Assembly (NCBI GenBank): GCA_963728565.1
Contig: CAVSLC010000003.1
Location: forward strand, 64,001 to 128,000
DNA length: 64,000 nucleotides
Direction of reading: 5' to 3'
Source: an uncultured delta proteobacterium
GTDB lineage: Bacteria > Desulfobacterota > Binatia > UBA9968
Under the pieces are notes generated by a model. It had not been told where the DNA came from. It did no database searches and saw only the letters and a list, made by a program, of their open reading frames with translations. A program made the position numbers and the translations under genes. Shown here piece by piece: positions 57,112 to 64,000 of the stretch (the first letter of the stretch is position 1; every line of letters begins with the position of its first letter).

Positions 57112-57652
57112 AGCAAGCAAAAAGCGCAAAGGCACGGCACTACTGGCGGTGATGGATGAGAATTGCTCAAGTTGCGCCGGTTCACCTTTGTGCGAGGCGC
57201 ATTGTCCAGTCGATGAATGCATCAATCTGGTCTATGAAGAGCTGCCGCAGGGAGGGCTCAAACCTTATCGCGTCATGGTGGACAACGACAAATGCATCGG
57301 CTGTCAGATGTGTTATAGCGACGACTTGACCAAGGTGCAGCAGCACAAGGAGACCGGCGAGATCTTCTACGAATACGCCGGCCGTTTTTACGACAGCAAC
57401 CGCAACCCGGTGGCGCCCGACGCCGTTCCGAAGCGTTTCCAGCTACAGCTCATTGGCACCGAGTCTGAAGACCGCCTCGACAAGAAAATCTGCCCTTGGG
57501 ACGCCATCAAGATGTACGAGTTCGACGATGGTCTGGAAGTTTCGCAATTTTTTTACGACATCACCAAGCTCAAGAAAATTGACGGCGGGTATGTCATCGA
57601 TGAGGCTGAAAAAGAACGTCTCGAAGCAAAGCAAAGCGAGCTGTACGAGTAA
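57101..57652 (+). CDS. 2x[4Fe-4S] ferredoxin-like protein with large insertion
   Basis: CSSCAGSPLCEAHCP and CIGCQMC-x59-CPWDAIKM. Confidence 0.75.
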   Translation: MAAEASKKRKGTALLAVMDENCSSCAGSPLCEAHCPVDECINLVYEELPQGGLKPYRVMVDNDKCIGCQMCYSDDLTKVQQHKETGEIFYEYAGRFYDSNRNPVAPDAVPKRFQLQLIGTESEDRLDKKICPWDAIKMYEFDDGLEVSQFFYDITKLKKIDGGYVIDEAEKERLEAKQSELYE

Positions 57653-57675
57653 CTCAACCGCCTATAGGTGAACTT

Positions 57676-59037
57676 ATGACAGCGAAGGTCGAACTAACGG
57701 AAACGATTTTACGCGATGCTCATCAGTCGTTGCTGGCAACGCGGATGCGCACAGAGGACATGTTGCCGATAGCCGCAAAGCTCGATGCCATCGGCTACTG
57801 GTCCTTAGAAACATGGGGCGGGGCTACTTTCGACGCGGCTCTGAGATATCTCAAGGAAGATCCCTGGGAGCGGTTGCGCAGCCTGCGCGCGGCAATTCCC
57901 AAGACCCGCTTCCAGATGCTCTTGCGAGGCCAAAACATCGTCGGCTACCACAACTATCCGGACGATATTGTCGTCCGCTTCGTCCAACGCGCTGCGGCCG
58001 GCGGTATCGACGTTTTCCGTATCTTCGACGCGATGAACGATGTGCGCAACATGAAGACTGCCATAGAAGCGGCGCTCAAAACCGGTAAGCTCGTCGAAGG
58101 CACGATCTGCTACACAATCAGCCCGGTGCACTCGGTGGATTACTTTCTGCGAGTAGGCGAGCAACTGGCAGAGTTGGGCGTGCAGATTATATGCCTCAAA
58201 GACATGGCGGGGATGCTCGCTCCGTACGCCGCCCAAGAGCTGATCAGCAAAATTAAAGCTCGTATTCCGCTACCGCTTCATCTCCATTCTCACTGCACGG
58301 CCGGGTTGGCGCCGATGACTTACATGCTCGCCATTGAAGCCGGCGCTGACATAGTGGACACCGCGCTTTCGCCGTTATCCCAAGGCACGTCACAGCCGGC
58401 GACAGAAGCGGTGGTGGCGGCATTAATGGGCAGTTCCCGGGACACTGGATTGGATTTGGGCAAGCTCAACGAGATCGCCGAATACTTCTATGGAGTGCGC
58501 AAGAAATACGCTGAGTTCGAAAGCGCCGTCAACAACCAGGTCAAGACCGACATTTTGACTTCACAAATTCCCGGGGGAATGTTGTCCAATCTGGTGGCGC
58601 AGTTACGGCAGCAGAAGGCCGAGGACAGACTCGACGCGGTGCTAAATGAAATGCCCCACGTCAGAAAAGATCTTGGATACCCGCCCCTAGTGACGCCGAC
58701 GAGCCAAATCGTTGGCTCTCAGGCGGCACTGAATGTGATCACTGGAAAACGTTATTCCGTCGTTGCCACCGAAACGCGGAACTACGTCATGGGACTGTAC
58801 GGCAGGCCGCCAGGACCGATCAGCCAGGAGATCAAAACAAAAGTTCTAGGCGGAAAAGAGCCGATTGACTGCCGGCCGGCGGATCTTCTTAAGCCGGGTT
58901 TGGAAGCTGCGCGCAAGGGAGCCGGCAGCCTCGCAACCAGTGAAGAGGATGTGCTTACCTACGCATTGTTCCCGGATATTGCCAAGGAGTATTTTCTCTC
59001 GCGGGATTCCGGACAGACGTCCCAACCAACCGGCTGA
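57676..59037 (+). CDS. Pyruvate/oxaloacetate carboxyltransferase (PycB/OadA/transcarboxylase 5S family) without biotinyl domain
   Basis: LRDAHQSLLATRM, WGGATFD, MLLRGQN, KDMAG, HSHCT, IPGGMLSNL, GYPPLVTPTSQIVG; no EAMKM motif. Confidence 0.92.
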   Translation: MTAKVELTETILRDAHQSLLATRMRTEDMLPIAAKLDAIGYWSLETWGGATFDAALRYLKEDPWERLRSLRAAIPKTRFQMLLRGQNIVGYHNYPDDIVVRFVQRAAAGGIDVFRIFDAMNDVRNMKTAIEAALKTGKLVEGTICYTISPVHSVDYFLRVGEQLAELGVQIICLKDMAGMLAPYAAQELISKIKARIPLPLHLHSHCTAGLAPMTYMLAIEAGADIVDTALSPLSQGTSQPATEAVVAALMGSSRDTGLDLGKLNEIAEYFYGVRKKYAEFESAVNNQVKTDILTSQIPGGMLSNLVAQLRQQKAEDRLDAVLNEMPHVRKDLGYPPLVTPTSQIVGSQAALNVITGKRYSVVATETRNYVMGLYGRPPGPISQEIKTKVLGGKEPIDCRPADLLKPGLEAARKGAGSLATSEEDVLTYALFPDIAKEYFLSRDSGQTSQPTG

Positions 59038-59064
59038 TGGTTGAGGCAATTACAGGCAACTACA

Positions 59065-59124
59065 AGGATGAAAGCGGAAGTCCAAAGCGGACTCAGTTTT
59101 CAGCCTTCATAATTCATCTTTTCC
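59065..59124. terminator. Imperfect inverted repeat with ttcat-type short repeats between convergent genes
   Basis: aaggatgaa ... ttcagcc-ttcataa-ttcatct between the carboxyltransferase and hisG. Confidence 0.35.
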
Positions 59125-59130
59125 AAACTG

Positions 59131-60030
59131 TTAAATGACCTTATTGAGTGGGTATTCGATAATGCCCACGGCGCCGTTGCGTATCAGAAGCGGAATCAAA
59201 TCCCTGACTTTGGCTTCTTCGAGCACGCTCTCCACCGAGAACCATCTGATCCCTTTCAGGCTCGGAGAAGGATGAAGTGTGGCGACCGTTGGCGCCGTGA
59301 TGCTCGGAATCAGCTGTATGACCTTTTCCAGGTCGGCTTCGGCGACATTCAGCTTGATGCCGACCTTGTTTTCCGCCGAAAGCGCTCCCAGCAGTAGAAG
59401 TCGGATTTGCTCAATCTTCTCCTTCTTCCAAGGGTCCTGCCATGCGTCCTGGTTGGCGATCAGTTGGGGACAGGATTCCATTAGCTCATGGATAATCCTC
59501 AGCCCATGAGCGCGGATCGTGCTACCGGTCTCGGTCACTTCAACGATGGCGTCGACCAGACCTTCGGCAGCCTTGGCCTCGGTGGCGCCCCAGGAGAATT
59601 CGACTTCGACGGGGATTTCTCTTTCGGCAAAATAGCGCTTCGTATAGTTCACCATTTCCGAGGAAATTCGCTTACCCCGAAGGTCTTCTATCCTTTCAAT
59701 CGGTGAATCCTGCGGCACAGCCAGCACCCAGCGAGTTGGGCGAAAGCTGGTCTTCGAATAGATCATCTCGCAGACGAGCTGGACATCGGAACCGTTCTCC
59801 ATGACCCAATCTCTGCCGGTGATGGCGACATCCAGAGTGCCGGACTCGACGTAACGTGACATTTCCTGGGGACGCGCCAGGCTACAGCGCAAAGTCTCAT
59901 CATCGATGGAGGGGAAATAACTGCGGCTCGTCGTCGAAATTTTCCAGCCGGATTTTCTGAAGAGCTCGATGGTCATTTCCTCGAGGCTCCCCTTCGGTAT
60001 TCCCAGCTTCAGTTCTTTGCCGGCCTTCAT
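59131..60030 (-). CDS. hisG: ATP phosphoribosyltransferase, long form
   Basis: [34 protein letters not shown]-terminal regulatory domain ending EYPLNKVI. Confidence 0.95.
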   Translation of the reverse strand: MKAGKELKLGIPKGSLEEMTIELFRKSGWKISTTSRSYFPSIDDETLRCSLARPQEMSRYVESGTLDVAITGRDWVMENGSDVQLVCEMIYSKTSFRPTRWVLAVPQDSPIERIEDLRGKRISSEMVNYTKRYFAEREIPVEVEFSWGATEAKAAEGLVDAIVEVTETGSTIRAHGLRIIHELMESCPQLIANQDAWQDPWKKEKIEQIRLLLLGALSAENKVGIKLNVAEADLEKVIQLIPSITAPTVATLHPSPSLKGIRWFSVESVLEEAKVRDLIPLLIRNGAVGIIEYPLNKVI

Positions 60031-60067
60031 GAGCCGCGGGCCTCTATAATGAACAGTTGAAGCGGGC

Positions 60068-60451
60068 TCATAATGATTTTTTGTAAACCTCTTTCGGATC
60101 AAAAACCCGTTCGGCGCAAATTTCCCAGTGGTCGCCGGAGCGCTGGCGAAAGAAGCAACTTCGAAATCCTTCATGGCAAGCGGCGCCGCCGATCTGATTG
60201 ACCTGCAGCAAAATCGTGTCATTGTCGCAGTCGATGAAAGCATCTCTTACTTCTTGGAAGTTGCCCGACTCCTCGCCTTTGAACCAAAGCCCCTTGCGGG
60301 AACGGCTGTAATAATGCGCTTTGCCGGTCTTTTGTGTTTGCTCCCACGCCTCTTCGTTCATATAAGCAACCATCAACACGTCGCGCGATTCGTAGTCCTG
60401 CACGATCACGGGAATCAAGCCGTCAGCCTTGGCGAAGTCTATCTTTTCCAT
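60068..60451 (-). CDS. hisI: Phosphoribosyl-AMP cyclohydrolase (monofunctional)
   Basis: [32 protein letters not shown]. Confidence 0.95.
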   Translation of the reverse strand: MEKIDFAKADGLIPVIVQDYESRDVLMVAYMNEEAWEQTQKTGKAHYYSRSRKGLWFKGEESGNFQEVRDAFIDCDNDTILLQVNQIGGAACHEGFRSCFFRQRSGDHWEICAERVFDPKEVYKKSL

Positions 60452-60508
60452 CGATTTTCCTCGAATTCACTGAGTTAACATAGGCCCCGCCGGACTTCAA
60501 ACGAGACA

Positions 60509-61250
60509 TCAGCCGGGCCTGGCATTATCAACAGGACTACGAGTCGCCGCGGCGATTTTGAGTATCGGAATCGTCTTGATCTTCTCCGTGGCCGAGCCTC
60601 CGCCAGTAAATCCCTTCAGGCCGCGGGAAATTCGCATCGATTTCGATAATCTCGCCCGGCGTAACGATAGCGCTGAGCGGGATGTCGTGTTCGGCCATCG
60701 GCAGGTCTTCGTCGACGATTTGCAACGGGTGAACCGAGGTGACGATCGGCGTCTTTGCGGAAATCTTTTTGTTCTCGGTCAGCAAGGCGAATTCCAAGTC
60801 CGAATAGCCGCCGCCTTTACCGACCCGAGCGCCGCGGCGATTGACCGCGACCGAGCCGCAGATGATCAGGTCAATTTTTTTGATTTCATCCAGCCCGATC
60901 AACCTGCCGAACTTTGCCGCACCCTGAATTGTAGACGCGGTGTAAGGGGAACAATTTAGTTTCGCTGGATCGAGCTCGATAAATGGTTTCTGATTGCGCA
61001 GGCGCGGCACCGCCATATAGACGATTTTGCCATCGGCAAGAGCTTTGTGCCGAATCGCTCTTTGCGGTGAGTCCGGATTGGATTTCAAAGCTATGGCGCG
61101 CTTCCAGTATGGTTTTTCGGCGAGCAGGCGCGCGCAGACTTCGGCGCCAATAAAGTTGGGTATTCTTCCTTGGGCGCCGGGAAAGCGCGCCACTTTCTCA
61201 CGCTGCATCATCGACCAAACTTTCTGTCGGATCTGCTCTTTTGTTCGCAT
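60509..61250 (-). CDS. 5-formyltetrahydrofolate cyclo-ligase paralog (COG0212 'RIPNF' type), probable frameshift near 60592
   Basis: GRIPNFIGA, NPDSPQ, AVPRL, GSVAV, GKGGGYSDLE; the expected C-terminus (EKIKTIPIL) is in a shifted frame; ORF-track stop is 60537. Confidence 0.85.
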
Positions 61251-61352
61251 CACAATAAATTATTCCTGCCTTCGATAGATGACAAGCGAGCATAGAGTCA
61301 TCACGGGAAATCGGTGCGATTGCGCTCACTGTCACACTTGCGGATTAGCGGA

Positions 61353-61382
61353 TTGACTGGGTGTGAAAGGCGGTTGTAAGAT
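61353..61382 (+). promoter_or_regulatory. Putative sigma70 promoter giving a near-leaderless cutA-nudix mRNA
   Basis: TTGACT-18 bp-TAAGAT, ATG 8 nt after the -10 box, no SD. Confidence 0.45.
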
Positions 61383-61390
61383 CGATATTA

Positions 61391-62236
61391 ATGCAAGAGT
61401 TCATCGTCGTCTATGTGACCGCTGGATCGGCCGACGAGGCGGATCGGTTGGCCCGTTCGCTGGTTGACGAGCGGCTTGCGGCTTGCGTCAATCGCATCAA
61501 GTCGGTGCAGTCGGTTTATCGATGGCAGGGCAAAGTAGAGCAGAGCGAAGAAGAGCTGTTGATTATCAAAACGAGCCGGGACCGGTTCGCGGTTCTGGAG
61601 AAACGCGTTCGAGAACTTCACAGTTACTCAGTTCCAGAAGTGATCGCATTGCCAGTGATCGAAGGCAGCAGCGGCTATCTGAAATGGCTCAAGGAGCAGG
61701 TTACTTCCGGGCCGCGGCCCCGCGGCGATGGCATACGAACAGTCCGCGAAGTTTCGGCCGGCGGCGTGATGTACCGCAAGCACAGCGATGAGATTCAAAT
61801 CGCCTTGATTCACGTGCGCAATCGATGGGGCCTGCCTAAAGGTCATGTTGAAGAAGGCGAGCGCATCGAAGAAACCGCTTTGCGCGAAGTGCGAGAGGAG
61901 ACTGGATTAGAAGGTCGCGTGGTAAGAAAAGTCGGCGATATCCGCTACGCCTATCGTGATAAAACCAAGGAAGGCGAGCCGATCCGCATCTATAAACGGG
62001 TTCATTTTTATTTATTGCGTTACCTGAAGGGCGATGTTCGTGATCATGATCACGAAGTTGACGAGGCGCGCTGGTTTCCCATGGACCAGGTGATCAAAAA
62101 CTTAAAGTTCGCCAGCGAACGAAAAATGGTTCATCGGGCGCTGAGCATCCTGACGGCAAGTGACAATCAGCGGGTCAAGCAGGCGCCCGAACGGCAATCC
62201 GAAGATGAACCGGTTGAGCAAAAGCTCCCCCGCTAA
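61391..62236 (+). CDS. CutA-Nudix hydrolase fusion protein
   Basis: aa 1-103 CutA ([31 protein letters not shown]); aa ~120-255 Nudix ([32 protein letters not shown]). Confidence 0.85.
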   Translation: MQEFIVVYVTAGSADEADRLARSLVDERLAACVNRIKSVQSVYRWQGKVEQSEEELLIIKTSRDRFAVLEKRVRELHSYSVPEVIALPVIEGSSGYLKWLKEQVTSGPRPRGDGIRTVREVSAGGVMYRKHSDEIQIALIHVRNRWGLPKGHVEEGERIEETALREVREETGLEGRVVRKVGDIRYAYRDKTKEGEPIRIYKRVHFYLLRYLKGDVRDHDHEVDEARWFPMDQVIKNLKFASERKMVHRALSILTASDNQRVKQAPERQSEDEPVEQKLPR

Positions 62237-62277
62237 CTCGCTGCGACGATTTGCCCGCGAATCGGTGACGGAAATTC

Positions 62278-63658
62278 ATGGTCATGAGTGATCGAGCTGT
62301 CGGCGTTACGTTTTCGGTGCCGTACGAGATCGCTGCGGTTCGTCGGTTACGGCAGACCAGCCTGCAGGAGCGTGAACACGCGCTCCAGGCCTGCGGCTAT
62401 AACTGTGAGCTGCTGCCCCAGGACGCAATCTATATCGATCTCTGCACCGATAGCGGCGTGAGCGCATTGAGCACGGCCCAGATTGCTGCCGGGAGTGGGA
62501 TCGAGGCGGTGGAGCCGGCAATGGGCATGGCGACAGAAGCCAGCCGAGCATTTGCTTCTCTGTCAGCGCAGTACCGCGAAGTTTTTTGGGTTTCCCTACT
62601 TAGTTCCGGCCATCCAGGGACGCGCCGCTGAACGCATATGGGCAAAGATTCATGTCAAGCCTGGTACTGTGGTGCCCGGCAATATGCTGTTTCCGTCGAC
62701 GCGCATGCATATCGAAGCCAACGGCGGCAAGGTGATCGATGTCATAGCCGATGGCGCCCACGATCTCCAATCAGAAGATCCCTTCAAAGGAGATCTCGAC
62801 ATCGAAAAACTTGCCGCGCTTTTTCGCGAGCACGGACGGCAAAAGGTCAGCTGCATCTATGTCGAGCTTAGCGTTAACGCTTGCGGCGGCCATCCGGTCT
62901 CTCTCGGCAATCTCAAGAAGGTCAAGGCGCTGGCCGCAACGAACGGTGTGCCGCTGTTTCTCGATGCCTGCCGGATTCTCGAGAATAGCTATTTGATCCG
63001 GCAACGCGAGGCCGGATATCATGATCGTTCCATTCGCGAAATCGTTTTTGAAACGTGTGAATCGGCAGACGGTTGCACGATGAGCGCCATGAAAGATCTG
63101 CTGGTTCCGATGGGCGGCATGATCGGCAGCCGCGATCCCGTCACCTTCCAAAAGGCGACCCTGCAAAGTTTTCTCGATGGCGCGCAGCTCCCGGCAAGCG
63201 CAATGCAAATGATCAGCACCGCGCTTGACGAGATCTTGGCCGAGGATGCCTATGTGACCAGCCGGGTGGAGCAGGTTAACTATCTTTGGCGCAGGCTCAG
63301 AGAGACAGTCCCAGTGGTGCATCCGCCCGCCGGTCACGCCGTGTATATCGACCTGGCCGCGTTTTTGCCGCACGTGGCTGCGGAGAATCATCGCGCCGAG
63401 GCTCTAGCCGCGTTTCTTTATTGCGTTTCCGGCGTTCGGGTGACCAAAGGCGCGCCACCGGCGCCGGCCCAAACCGCGCGCGGGGTGGAGCTACTTCGGC
63501 TGGCAGTGCCGGCGCGTAAGTACGTTCAGGGGCATATCGATGACGTCGCCGAAGCCGTGTTGTATGCGTATGCCCACCGCCACGAAATTAGAGGATTGAA
63601 GCAGGTCGATGATCCTCAAAGAGCCAAATACCAGCCTTGTCACTTTGAGCCATTATGA
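62278..63658 (+). CDS. Divergent tryptophanase/tyrosine phenol-lyase family PLP enzyme, split by a +1 frameshift in the T6 run 62582-62587
   Basis: YIDLCTDSG, QGRAAE, VNACGGHPVS, LDACR, MSAMKD (PLP Lys), GHAVYID, LLRLAVP; removing one T joins ORFs 62278 and 62483. Confidence 0.85.
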
Positions 63659-64000
63659 GTTTCTTTTCGGCATCAGTTGAACAAAACTCCCGATCTCGTT
63701 TGGGTCAGCTCTTTTTTCACCGGGTTAGCGAGCTTGGCGAGCGCACTTTTTTAAAGATACAGCGTTGTGGCAGCTTCGAAGATATCTCATGGCGCGATGT
63801 CGGCGCGATGGTTCAAAACACCCTGTTGGGCCTGCACTCGTTGGGGATGACCAGAGGCGACAATGTCGCGATTCTGGGCGACAACAGTCTGCCCTGGCTT
63901 TGCGCCGACCTGGCGACATTGGCTGGAGGCTTGCCGAACGTGGTGATCTCGCCAAATGCCTCGGAGGCAACCTTATTAAAGATTCTTGCGCATTCTCGCT
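63655..64000 (+). CDS. AMP-forming (ANL / long-chain acyl-CoA synthetase-like) ligase, N-terminal part, runs off window
   Basis: Manual translation ...FEDISWRDVG...LHSLGMTRGDNVAILGDNSLPWLCADLATLAGG...ILAHSR; ATGA overlap with the upstream stop. Confidence 0.8.
   Translation, partial: MSFFSASVEQNSRSRLGQLFFHRVSELGERTFLKIQRCGSFEDISWRDVGAMVQNTLLGLHSLGMTRGDNVAILGDNSLPWLCADLATLAGGLPNVVISPNASEATLLKILAHSR

Noticed and set aside
61254-61390. 6S RNA upstream of the 5-FCL-like gene (ssrS-ygfA linkage)
   Set aside because: The spacer is too short (~140 bp, shared with a divergent promoter) and the gene is the paralogous type, not ygfA.
62575-62595. Phase variation or programmed frameshift at T6 in the PLP enzyme
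   Set aside because: The run is short, no stimulatory structure is evident, and two other +1 indels in the window favour sequencing error.
63745-63756. Possible frameshift in the T-run of the terminal ligase gene
   Set aside because: On recount, ACT TTT TTA AAG stays in frame from ATG 63655. The ORF is missing from the track only because it has no stop inside the window.

Overview
Bacterial chromosomal window, probably Deltaproteobacteria-like (possibly Candidatus Binatia; this is inferred from gene order and protein style, not from a search). About 1-47.6 kb is core housekeeping: yggT, an aldehyde dehydrogenase, rph-rdgB, 12 tRNA genes, tig-clpP-clpX-lon-hup, rplM-rpsI, lptFG and rlmB. It includes one contiguous ~31.5 kb translation/transcription supercluster (tRNAs-tuf-rpmG-secE-nusG-rplKAJL-rpoBC-str-S10-spc-alpha) that has no rpmD (L30), no second tuf, and an intrinsic-terminator-like hairpin between rpsG and fusA. 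The last ~16 kb is more unusual. It holds a ~670 bp intergenic region rich in inverted repeats, a DUF4175/TPR-gluzincin/MoxR operon without a VWA partner, and an orphan EutA-like reactivase with a natural His6 tail. It also holds a four-gene operon (small membrane protein, TPR protein, 2x[4Fe-4S] protein with a 59-residue insertion, stand-alone carboxyltransferase), hisI-hisG, a 5-FCL paralog and a CutA-Nudix fusion. At the end is a divergent tryptophanase/tyrosine phenol-lyase-like PLP enzyme lacking the catalytic Tyr motif, translationally coupled to an adenylate-forming ligase. Three apparent single-base insertions (lon, 5-FCL paralog, PLP enzyme) suggest residual sequencing indels. No rRNA, CRISPR array, integrase or transposase was seen.
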